Assembly: GCF_000092465.1 (NCBI RefSeq)
Contig: NC_014205.1
Location: forward strand, 60,001-92,000
DNA: 32,000 nucleotides
DNA from: Staphylothermus hellenicus DSM 12710
Lineage (GTDB): Archaea; Thermoproteota; Thermoprotei_A; Sulfolobales; Desulfurococcaceae
Direction of reading: 5' to 3'
In this document: positions 17,825-26,178 of the stretch, piece after piece
Position numbering within the stretch: the first letter of the stretch is position 1
Layout of the letters: each line of letters starts with the position of its first letter
The notes under the pieces: model-generated
Databases searched by the model: none
What the model was told of the DNA's origin: nothing
What the model saw: the letters and a program-made list of their open reading frames with translations, nothing else
Position numbers and translations under genes: made by a program

Positions 17825-18708
17825 TTCTCAAGCACCTCCTTAGCAATGTATTCGTATATTTGATAAATGCTCTTGGAAACAATTGAGTCGGGTTTATATA
17901 TAACAATTGGTTTTCCTTTAACATATGATTCGACAGCATCGACATGGTATGGTATTGTAAAATATGTTCTTACATTGTATTTCTTCATAGTCTCTATGTG
18001 CTTATCTGTTCTGCCCAGTCCATACCTGTTTATAACAACTATGGTTTCCAAGTTCATATCGCTTGTAACCTTCAATATGGATTCGAGATCATGTAGTCCC
18101 AGCGGAGTTGCTTCGGTTACAGCTATAACTTGATCTGAGCCTTGAAGCGCTATTGATATCTGGTTACCTGTTCCTGCCCCGGTATCCACAATCATTAGTT
18201 CATGATCAATATTTTTAGCTCTATTCTTAGTAGCAGCAACCGCTGGCGGAACATGTTCTTCTCCCTCCCTCAATATGCCTGTGACAAGTGTGAAGCTATG
18301 ATTATGTATGGTGACTTTTGTTACATAGCTATAACCTAGTACGTGGTATCCCTTCAATATAGCATTGTAAGGGCATGCATAGTAGCATGCTTTACATCCA
18401 CTACATAGTCTAGGGAATATTACTGGGAAACTATTTGGCGGCATAAGAATTGCTCCGGTATCGCATATTTTTGCGCATACACCGCATTTTGTACATTTCT
18501 TCGTATCTATGAATGGTAGGAATGCCTTGATTGGTTCTTCGTTTTCTAGTTTTTTTACTCCAAGTAATACATGATCGTTTGGGGCCTCTAGATCGAGATC
18601 GGCTAGGACGGTTGCATATCTATCTGATAGTAAGACCGCTAAATTAGTTGCTACAAAGCTCTTACCTGTTCCCCCCTTACCTCCTGTAACAGTTATTTGT
18701 CTCTGCAT
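17821..18708 (-). CDS. MinD/ParA-superfamily P-loop ATPase with inserted 2x[4Fe-4S] ferredoxin domain (COG1149-like), paralog
   Basis: 295 aa. GGKGGTGKS. CTKCGVCAKICDTGAI and CSGCKACYYACPYNAI. VDTGAGTG. A 4-nt ATGA overlap with the downstream paralog. Confidence 0.85.
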   Translation of the reverse strand: MQRQITVTGGKGGTGKSFVATNLAVLLSDRYATVLADLDLEAPNDHVLLGVKKLENEEPIKAFLPFIDTKKCTKCGVCAKICDTGAILMPPNSFPVIFPRLCSGCKACYYACPYNAILKGYHVLGYSYVTKVTIHNHSFTLVTGILREGEEHVPPAVAATKNRAKNIDHELMIVDTGAGTGNQISIALQGSDQVIAVTEATPLGLHDLESILKVTSDMNLETIVVINRYGLGRTDKHIETMKKYNVRTYFTIPYHVDAVESYVKGKPIVIYKPDSIVSKSIYQIYEYIAKEVLEK

Positions 18709-18730
18709 ATCTCCTCTACCAGCTAAAGGC

Positions 18731-19141
18731 TTACATTGGCTTCAAGAATTTATTGAATAATGGGTTTCTAAATACTAGTTCATTAAGTTCTTCATCTGTA
18801 AGATTCTTTGCTTGAGCTATTGCTTTATCAATGGGTTCCCTATATTTTTCTGAGATAACTGGTTTTTGGCAGGTGTATTCAATGCATCCTTTAATACCTT
18901 TCTCCGGATCTCCTTCACGTTTATTAAAGCATTTATTGTTTTCAAATAACTCCTTAACCCCCTCTATATAGAATACCTTGTCGAAACCCTTGTATTCAGC
19001 ATTTGTTAGTCTCTCACCATATTTCTCATAATATTCTAGTTCGGCCAGCGCTAATACCCTGCTTAGCCTGTAGGGGTGCATGCATCCTGTTTCTGATAAT
19101 ATATATCCTATTATTTTCTCGAGCTCGATCATAAGCGCCAC
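18731..19141 (-). CDS. hypothetical protein, first gene of the MinD-ferredoxin operon (N-terminal half weakly Panacea/DUF4065-like)
   Basis: 136 aa, 22 nt upstream of the first ATPase gene. The pattern YRLSRVLALAELEYYEKYGERLTNAEY resembles, from my memory of it, the K-L-x-K-L-L-Y-L-A-D...G-x-x-L-T...Y core of DUF4065. Not verified. Confidence 0.5.
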   Translation of the reverse strand: MALMIELEKIIGYILSETGCMHPYRLSRVLALAELEYYEKYGERLTNAEYKGFDKVFYIEGVKELFENNKCFNKREGDPEKGIKGCIEYTCQKPVISEKYREPIDKAIAQAKNLTDEELNELVFRNPLFNKFLKPM

Positions 19142-19271
19142 CGTTAGGTTTGTCTAACAACGCTATATTATGCAGTTTGATTAATATTGGAATAATGGAG
19201 TTTAAATCTAACGATACAATATAGTAGTGTTTACGGAGATATTTTAAGAAATAATAGTTGCCTAGGAGATA

Positions 19272-19928
19272 TTGATGAAGACTTATGGGCATAGAGCTAA
19301 TAATAAGCTTGTACTGAGAAAGTATTTGGCACTGAAGAATATCAATGGATTAGAAGTGGATGTATCGGTTAGAAATAATAAAGTAGTGGTTAGACACGGT
19401 CCCAGCCCAGTGGTGAGGCCTAGTTTACTGGGCAAGATCATGGGCTGGATCGATTACAGATTCTTCTACAGGGATCCATATATTAGATCTCTCAGCATAT
19501 CGTTGGAAGATATCTTTGGAATTGTGAGGAAGAGGGGTTTAGAACTGATTCTTGACGTTAAAGATATTAATACAATGGCTAGGATTCTAGAATCAAATAT
19601 TATGCTTCCACACAATATTATTTTCACCTCCAAAGACCACTTCGCCATCAGGTATGCTAAGGAAACTACAAATTATAGAGCATTAGTAAGCATTGATTCT
19701 CTACCGCTGAGCATTATTGATATTATAAATGATTCTCTAGCTGATGGTGTCTCAATAAATTATGGTTTTATAGAGGATTGGCTTATAGATTTACTTCATA
19801 GTAACAACTATGTTGTTTATACTTGGATAGTTAATGACCAAGCTACAGCATGTAAACTGGAGAAGCTAGGTGTTGATGCTGTAATTTCAGATGATCCAAA
19901 AACAATCTTGTATCGAAGATGCAGGTGA
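19272..19928 (+). CDS. glycerophosphodiester phosphodiesterase-like (GDPD/PI-PLC-like superfamily) protein
   Basis: 218 aa. N-terminal GHRA, LEVDV, VVVRHG, and C-terminal YTWIVNDQATACKLEKLGVDAVISDDP are GDPD-fold landmarks. Divergent and short. Confidence 0.6.
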   Translation: MMKTYGHRANNKLVLRKYLALKNINGLEVDVSVRNNKVVVRHGPSPVVRPSLLGKIMGWIDYRFFYRDPYIRSLSISLEDIFGIVRKRGLELILDVKDINTMARILESNIMLPHNIIFTSKDHFAIRYAKETTNYRALVSIDSLPLSIIDIINDSLADGVSINYGFIEDWLIDLLHSNNYVVYTWIVNDQATACKLEKLGVDAVISDDPKTILYRRCR

Positions 19929-20793
19929 TCTAGTAGCTTTGGAGACGGGGTTAATCGGTGTTTTATCTGCTTTAACAGCTAGTTCTATATGGAGCTTATC
20001 TCCGGGATTAATAAGTAGGTATGGTAAGGGAACAGATGCTACAACATTGAATATGTTGAGGGGTCTTCATGCAGTATTTGTTTTATTCCTCATTTTTCAT
20101 CTAACAATTAATGAGAGATGGTTTGTTCCTGAAGGGATCTTCATAGTCTATATAAGTGCTTTCTTTGGCCCCCTACTAGGCGATACACTATATATTTACA
20201 GCATTAAACATATTGGTGGGGGGAATGCTGTATCAATATCTTATACCTATATCTTCTTTGCACAGCTCTACTCATATTTACTATATGGTGAACAATTAAG
20301 GATACAGTTAATTCTAGGATCATTTATCGCCATTATAGGAGTCTATCTCGTATATAGTGGGCAGAAAAACGATATAAAAATTACTGGTTTCATAGCAGCT
20401 CTTGGAGCAGCGTTATCTTGGGGTATGGGCGCCACTCTCAGCAAGCTTGCATTAAACTATGGTGATCCAGTAACAATTGCTTTACTAAGAAACTTATCAA
20501 CAACAATATCGCTCCTCCCAATAACATATAATTCAGCAAAAAAAGTATTCCTCGACAAAGAAATACAAATAACAGCATTCATCACGGGAGGAATAGGATT
20601 CGGCGTTGGAATGACACTTTTCCTAACAGCAATCAACACTATAGGAGTCTCAGCAACAGTACTAGCTACAAGCCTAACACCAGTCCTAGGGAGAATACTA
20701 GCCAAATTCATAGCAGGAGAAAAACCCTCACCTAAAACATATCTAGGAACAATAATAACATCAACAGGAATATTTATCGGGCTATACTTCTAA
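19891..20793 (+). CDS. EamA/DMT superfamily transporter
   Basis: 300 aa, 10 TM in two EamA-like halves. The ATG 19891 start overlaps the upstream gene by 38 nt; TTG 19939 is an alternative start. Confidence 0.75.
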   Translation: MIQKQSCIEDAGDLVALETGLIGVLSALTASSIWSLSPGLISRYGKGTDATTLNMLRGLHAVFVLFLIFHLTINERWFVPEGIFIVYISAFFGPLLGDTLYIYSIKHIGGGNAVSISYTYIFFAQLYSYLLYGEQLRIQLILGSFIAIIGVYLVYSGQKNDIKITGFIAALGAALSWGMGATLSKLALNYGDPVTIALLRNLSTTISLLPITYNSAKKVFLDKEIQITAFITGGIGFGVGMTLFLTAINTIGVSATVLATSLTPVLGRILAKFIAGEKPSPKTYLGTIITSTGIFIGLYF

Positions 20794-20799
20794 ACATTA

Positions 20800-20813
20800 T
20801 AATAGATCCTTGA
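20800..20813. repeat. left arm of a 14-bp imperfect inverted repeat (TAATAGATCCTTGA)
   Basis: Its reverse complement matches 22934-22947 (TCAAGGATCTAGTA) at 13 of 14 positions. It lies 7 nt after the EamA stop. Confidence 0.5.
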
Positions 20814-21200
20814 TGTTTATTCATTATTTATATTTCTAGTTATCTACTCTACATCAACTTTCAATTTTTATTATTGTTTCCTATGTTTGTTACGCCTATT
20901 ATAATTGTTACAATATATGTTTCCTTCAATTTTATGCATTGTTTCTAATCATTACATTTTCATTAATTGCTCTCATTATTTTTATATTAAGATGGAGCTC
21001 GTTTATCGATGGGATTTTTTAGACAAAACATGGAGCAGTCCTTGTTGGGAAAAAGGTTCAAGTCAAAAAGCATACATAGATATGTTGCGCAAACACTAAT
21101 CTAATATATAATCGCTAAAAGCAAGAACAAACAAATAAAAATAATCATGAATAATGATGTGGAAAAACACATACTCTACAAATGCAAAACATGCTGATAC

Positions 21201-21283
21201 AAAATAAATGATAAATAATTAGGAAAGAATTTCTGAACCGCTCATTACATGGTTACATGAAAGTAAAAAATAAATGATAAATA
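21201..21283. repeat. 17-nt exact direct repeat AAAATAAATGATAAATA (21201-21217 and 21267-21283)
   Basis: Two identical copies 66 nt apart in the non-coding region upstream of the MNT gene. Both are followed within 7 nt by TAGG. Confidence 0.6.
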
Positions 21284-21463
21284 TAATAGGCCCTTAGAAA
21301 TCAATTCTTATAACAAGGAGATTATATATGAGGATTTAAGAGACATTCTTCTATTAATTATTATACTAGGTTTCTGGAACAATAAGTGGTGTTTATGGCG
21401 TGAATATTTTTAGGAGGAGATAGTAAATTTTAGTTTATGAAGCTATGTTTTTAAATTATATAT

Positions 21464-22000
21464 GTGTTGGTGGGGTTAGTTTATTTGTTTAGAAAGGGCT
21501 TAAACAATATACCAGAGCCTTTTAGAACTCTTGTCTCGAGGCTTTTAGCTGAGTTGTTAAGATTATTTAATGGTAGGCTTAAGTCTCTTGTAGTTTATGG
21601 TAGTGTTGCACGCGGAGATTATAGAAAGGATAGTGATATAGATTTATTGATTATTATTGAGGGGCTTCCTCGTAGTCGTTTAGAGAGAATAAGGCTTTTC
21701 ACCAAGGCTGAGTCGAAACTGGATGAATTATTGGATAAACTACTTGATAAAGGCTATGCAGTATCATTCTCACCTATAATTAAGACTCCAGAAGAAGCTG
21801 TAAGGATTAGTCCAATATATCTTGACATGGTTGAAGATGCAATCATAGTTTACGATGAAAATGGGTTCTTCGAGAAAATACTTATGGGTCTGAAGAAAAA
21901 ACTAGAACAACTTGGCGCTGAACGTGTGAGGCTGGGAAAGAAATGGTATTGGAGGCTTAAGAAAAACTATAGGTTTGGAGAGGTAATAAGTATTGAATAA
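21464..22000 (+). CDS. minimal nucleotidyltransferase (MNT) domain protein, antitoxin-type partner of HEPN
   Basis: 178 aa. LVVYGSVARGDYRKDSDIDLLIII is the G-S-x(n)-D-x-D Pol-beta NTase motif. Several alternative GTG/TTG starts lie at 21464-21485. 8-nt overlap with the HEPN gene. Confidence 0.85.
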   Translation: MLVGLVYLFRKGLNNIPEPFRTLVSRLLAELLRLFNGRLKSLVVYGSVARGDYRKDSDIDLLIIIEGLPRSRLERIRLFTKAESKLDELLDKLLDKGYAVSFSPIIKTPEEAVRISPIYLDMVEDAIIVYDENGFFEKILMGLKKKLEQLGAERVRLGKKWYWRLKKNYRFGEVISIE

Positions 22001-22424
22001 TATTGCTCTAGCAAGATCATATATTAGACAGACAAAGGAGAGAATTAAACATGCAGGCGAAGCATTGGAGACAGGAAACTATCCATATGTTATTAGGCAA
22101 TGTCAAGAAGCAGTTGAGCTAGCATTGAAAGCAGCATTAAGAATAGTAGGTATAGAACCGCCGAAATGGCATGATGTAGGACCCGTACTGAGGAGGGAAA
22201 AGAATAGATTTCCAGATTGGTTTCAGGAAAGAATACCTGAGCTAGCATATATTTCTAGGAGTCTAAGAAAGGAGAGGGAAACAGCAATGTATGGTGATGA
22301 AGAAACAGGTTTACCCGCTGAAGAACTATATACACTATACGATGCTGAACAAGCATTAAAACAAGCGAGAACAGTACTATATCTTGTAGAGAAGCTTCTG
22401 CGGGAAGCACAAGACAAACAATAA
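21993..22424 (+). CDS. HEPN domain protein (MNT-associated)
   Basis: 143 aa, all-helical. YPYVIRQCQEAVELALKAALR and SRSLRKERETAMYG match the MNT-linked HEPN family. TTG start inside the MNT stop region. Confidence 0.8.
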   Translation: MNNIALARSYIRQTKERIKHAGEALETGNYPYVIRQCQEAVELALKAALRIVGIEPPKWHDVGPVLRREKNRFPDWFQERIPELAYISRSLRKERETAMYGDEETGLPAEELYTLYDAEQALKQARTVLYLVEKLLREAQDKQ

Positions 22425-22933
22425 TCATCCAGATCATAGTTTCTTAGCTGATTACTCGTTTTCTAAGATGCTCCAATATATGAGTTATTATTGAGTATTT
22501 TTTGATCTATAAAACGCTAAGACTATATCGCTATAGATCTTTATTGCTTAATAATTTCTTTGATAGAAGCATGGTCATCTGGTTTATGTGCTAGTGGTTA
22601 TCTCGGCATTATCCTTTTAAAAAATGATTATTAAAAGAACATAACAACCAAAACCATTACCAAACAACTACAGCATCCACAACTTCTAAAGGAACCAAAA
22701 ACATCCAAATAATCGAGCAGTCTATCCTGTTATATGTTCTTCAGTTTTCTCCGTCCACCGAGATTTTTCATGGGTTTAATTGTTTTTTTGTCTGGCATAT
22801 GCTTCGTTACACCTCCATCCATAGACCCTTACCATAGTTAGTTTTTCTAGCCTGTTACAGGGCTATAGCGTATATTACAGTATTAAAATAATTAAAATAG
22901 TATTAAGAAATAATTCCTTGTAATATCTCGCTG

Positions 22934-22947
22934 TCAAGGATCTAGTA
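22934..22947. repeat. right arm of the 14-bp imperfect inverted repeat (TCAAGGATCTAGTA)
   Basis: Partner of 20800-20813. It lies 31 nt before the stop codon (22978-22980) of the convergent MFS gene. Confidence 0.5.
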
Positions 22948-22977
22948 AGGTTTTTGTTTCGTTTGTGAACATGTTTG

Positions 22978-24204
22978 CTAATCTATTAAAATAGAAGTAG
23001 TTTTTTCTGCTTCTTCTATTGGTAGCTTAGCATGTAGTGCTATTACTAGAATTATTATTCCTATGAGTGGCATTGCTGTTAACTCGCTTAATGCTAGAAT
23101 ATTTGATATTTGAGCTAGAAGTTCTGTTATTGTTGGAGCTATGATGTTTGGTATATTGGATATTACGCCTAGTGCAAATGATGCTCTGGGGAATATTTCC
23201 TCGGGATAAGTTGCTGGTGCTGTTGTCCAGAAGGCTGGTCCTGTACCCTGTATTGCTCCAACAACCCAAACTGTTATCGATGCTAATACATAGTTTCCAG
23301 TGGTCATGGCGTAGCTGTATAGGAGCAGCCCTATAAATGATAACGCGTAAGATATAAGCATAACTATTATTATTGCTCTAAATAGTCCTCGTGGACTAAT
23401 ATTTCTCTTTGACAACCGATAACCTATGTAGCCGAACACTATTGACCATATAGCTAAAGCCATGTGAAGGTAGCCGCTGACCATGGATACTTGGCTCTCT
23501 GTCCAACCCATACTATATCCCAGAGATGCTGAGAACCCCGCTATTGTGAATATAACCCATATAGCTGGGAAGAACGTGAACCCCATGATCCATGTAAACT
23601 TCATTTTCCAAACATTAATGGTTCTATCTCCTTCTCTTTTTTTCTGTATTACTGTGAAGTCTTCTGCTGGAATCCACCATACTATAAGCATCACATACAT
23701 TAGAATAGCTGTTAAAATGAATGTTGTTCTCCAATCAACTATTTGCATAAGGGATCCAGCAGTGAATGCTCCTAGAAATCCTCCCCAGAAAATGCCTGAT
23801 AATATTATTCCCTTAGCTAGGGGTCTCTCGGCTAGAAAATATTTAGCGATTTGTACACTAAATAAGGGTATGAGGCTGAGAATGAATCCTTGTATGAATC
23901 TTAAAATTACAACAATGCTCCACCACCTGATCAAGGGGATCAAGAACTGTGGGATAGCTGCAAAGCTCACAGCTAATAATACGTCCTTCTTAAAGCCTCC
24001 CTCATATAATTTTGTATAGCCGAGGAAAAAAGCTGCGAAGAGCCCGGCTGCATAGGCTATGTATTGTAGATCATATAGTTTCTCGTCAACACCGAAAAAG
24101 GACATAATCTCGGGTTTAGCAACACTCATCATGGTAAGAGTTCCTAGGCAAACTGCTATAAGCAATGTATCAAGCATAACCGTGAGCCAGCGATGCGAAT
24201 CCAT
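22978..24204 (-). CDS. major facilitator superfamily transporter
   Basis: 408 aa, about 12 TM helices with an MFS-like loop between TM6 and TM7 (IQKKREGDRTINVWK). Substrate unknown. Confidence 0.75.
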   Translation of the reverse strand: MDSHRWLTVMLDTLLIAVCLGTLTMMSVAKPEIMSFFGVDEKLYDLQYIAYAAGLFAAFFLGYTKLYEGGFKKDVLLAVSFAAIPQFLIPLIRWWSIVVILRFIQGFILSLIPLFSVQIAKYFLAERPLAKGIILSGIFWGGFLGAFTAGSLMQIVDWRTTFILTAILMYVMLIVWWIPAEDFTVIQKKREGDRTINVWKMKFTWIMGFTFFPAIWVIFTIAGFSASLGYSMGWTESQVSMVSGYLHMALAIWSIVFGYIGYRLSKRNISPRGLFRAIIIVMLISYALSFIGLLLYSYAMTTGNYVLASITVWVVGAIQGTGPAFWTTAPATYPEEIFPRASFALGVISNIPNIIAPTITELLAQISNILALSELTAMPLIGIIILVIALHAKLPIEEAEKTTSILID

Positions 24205-24343
24205 ATATTCTCACCTATTACTAGACATCTTTAATAAATCATGTATTATTTGTATAAAGTTAAAGTATTGTTTCCAAGAGAATAATGATTTAGATAGTTT
24301 TTAAAGCATTATCTAAGCTAAAGCATTACCGGATCAGATAAGT

Positions 24344-25090
24344 CTATGTGTTTGTGAATACAGTATTTAGTTCTAAGTATTTCGCAAGGTATTCCAATAC
24401 TAGTTTTGTTAGTTCAATAAATCTTTCTGCAAGCTCATGTGTTGTAAGTAGCGGTGTTTTCTTCACGAGGCTGTTGCTTATTACTAGTATTGATAATGTC
24501 CTCCACTTCCTTATCCATCCAAGCATGTATAGGATTGCTGTCTCCATATCGATAGCGATAAACCCTCTACTGATTAATTTATCCATAATGTTTTCTTCCG
24601 CATAGAATGCATCGCTCGTAAATACGAGTCCAACATGTGGTTTGACATTATTATTCAATAAATAATAATAGATTCCGCTGAGCAGTAAAGGGTCTGGGCT
24701 TGTTCCACCGTTTATTTCTGGAGAATACATATTGTTTCCACAACCGTTAAGCATGTATCCAGCCCCTGCCGCTAACACGGTATCGCCCACATCGAGGTCT
24801 TCGACAAGTGAGCCAGCTGTGCCTATTCTAATAATTGTTTTAGCACCAAGCATTCCCAGCTCTTCCAAGATAATTGATGCCATTGAACAACCAATACCGT
24901 GGCTGGCGAGTGTTACTTTTCTACCCTTATATTCCCCATTAACAGCAACTATTCCTCTCCTATCATAGATTATCTCGGGTTTTTCCAGCAATGTTGATAA
25001 TAAATAGACCCTGTCCGGATCACCCATTACAATAGCTAGATCACTAACCCCTACAGCATCTTTTAGAAGAACAGGCTTCACCTTATCCAT
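24344..25090 (-). CDS. nucleoside phosphorylase (PNP/UDP family 1; uridine or purine nucleoside phosphorylase)
   Basis: 248 aa. MGDPDRV, HGIGCSMASIILEELGMLGAKTIIRIGTAGSL, GDTVLA, and the AIDMETA motif. Confidence 0.85.
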   Translation of the reverse strand: MDKVKPVLLKDAVGVSDLAIVMGDPDRVYLLSTLLEKPEIIYDRRGIVAVNGEYKGRKVTLASHGIGCSMASIILEELGMLGAKTIIRIGTAGSLVEDLDVGDTVLAAGAGYMLNGCGNNMYSPEINGGTSPDPLLLSGIYYYLLNNNVKPHVGLVFTSDAFYAEENIMDKLISRGFIAIDMETAILYMLGWIRKWRTLSILVISNSLVKKTPLLTTHELAERFIELTKLVLEYLAKYLELNTVFTNT

Positions 25091-25166
25091 TCACCACAAA
25101 TATTAACTTTTAACCAGGAAGTAATAAGGTAGTAGCCATAAATAAGAATATGGTGGGAGAACAGTT

Positions 25167-26168
25167 TTGAAAGCATTAGTCTTACACGGCCCCGGCGATT
25201 TAAGGCTTGAAGAAGTAGATGATCCTATACCTAGAAATGACTGGGTCCGTATAAGAGTTAAACGAGTAGGTATTTGTGGTACGGATAAAGCATTCTATAA
25301 GGGTACATACAAGTTAATGAAGAAACCATTGATTCCAGGCCACGAAATAGCTGGTATAATCGATATGGTCGGTGAAAATGTTTCTGAACCACTCATAGGG
25401 CATAAGGTAACTACAGAAATCAATGTTTATTGTGGGAAATGCTGGTATTGCCGTCATGGAATGTATACTCATTGCCCCTACAGAGAAACAATAGGGATCA
25501 CTCGTGACGGGGGTATGGCGGAATATGTATTGACTAGGAAGGATCTCGTACATGTAGTTGATGATTTAGATTTTGACATTATAGCTTTCATCGAGCCCTT
25601 AGCAGCTGTTGTTGAAATGATTGAAATGCAGAGGGTAGAGCCGTTCTCAAATATTGCAGTACTCGGTATTGGACCCATAGGCTTATTATCTATTCAAGTC
25701 CTGAAATTGTTTAATCCAAACAAGATCGTCGCTATTGCTCGAAGAGGTTCTCCAAAGATAAAATATGCATACATGGTTGGAGCAGATGAAGTATTAACGT
25801 ATGATGAAGCACTAGAATACATGAAAAAACATACTCCTGAGGGTCAGGGGTTCGATTATGTTGTTGAGGCTACTGGTAGTTCTAAAGGATTAGATATGGC
25901 TTTGAAGCTGACTAGGCCTAGGGGAGTAGTAGCTGCTAAATCAACTCATGGATCCGATGTATCATTTAATTATACATTAATGGTTGTTAAGGAAGTCAGA
26001 ATAGTTGGTAGTAGATGTGGCCCCTTCGATAAAGCAATCATGCTTCTACGTAGAGGACTTGTTAGGGTTAGAGAACTTATAACTGCTGTTTATCCATTAG
26101 AGAAGGGGGTAGAGGCTTTTGAAGCTAGTTTTAGAAGGGAAAATGTAAAGGTGCAATTAGAAATATAG
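25167..26168 (+). CDS. zinc-dependent medium-chain alcohol/polyol dehydrogenase
   Basis: 333 aa. GICGTDKAFYKG, PGHEIAGII, structural-zinc Cys cluster CGKCWYCRHGMYTHC, Rossmann motif VLGIGPIGL. TTG start. Confidence 0.85.
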   Translation: MKALVLHGPGDLRLEEVDDPIPRNDWVRIRVKRVGICGTDKAFYKGTYKLMKKPLIPGHEIAGIIDMVGENVSEPLIGHKVTTEINVYCGKCWYCRHGMYTHCPYRETIGITRDGGMAEYVLTRKDLVHVVDDLDFDIIAFIEPLAAVVEMIEMQRVEPFSNIAVLGIGPIGLLSIQVLKLFNPNKIVAIARRGSPKIKYAYMVGADEVLTYDEALEYMKKHTPEGQGFDYVVEATGSSKGLDMALKLTRPRGVVAAKSTHGSDVSFNYTLMVVKEVRIVGSRCGPFDKAIMLLRRGLVRVRELITAVYPLEKGVEAFEASFRRENVKVQLEI

Positions 26169-26178
26169 AGTTATTACT

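Noticed and set aside
20905-21099. 64-aa ORF in the AT-rich arm left of the MNT gene; also 7020-7217 and 7087-7269 next to the GC-rich element.
   Set aside because: The composition-driven translations are rich in Phe/Ile/Tyr/Cys. There are no ribosome-binding motifs and no family resemblance. 7020-7217 starts inside the GC-rich structured block.
22730-22798. Reverse-strand 22-codon ORF MPDKKTIKPMKNLGGRRKLKNI with GGAGGTG 11 nt upstream, in the non-coding arm right of HEPN.
   Set aside because: It is too short, has no recognisable family, and the SD spacing is long. It cannot be supported from sequence alone and is worth a look only if RNA-seq or ribo-seq shows expression.
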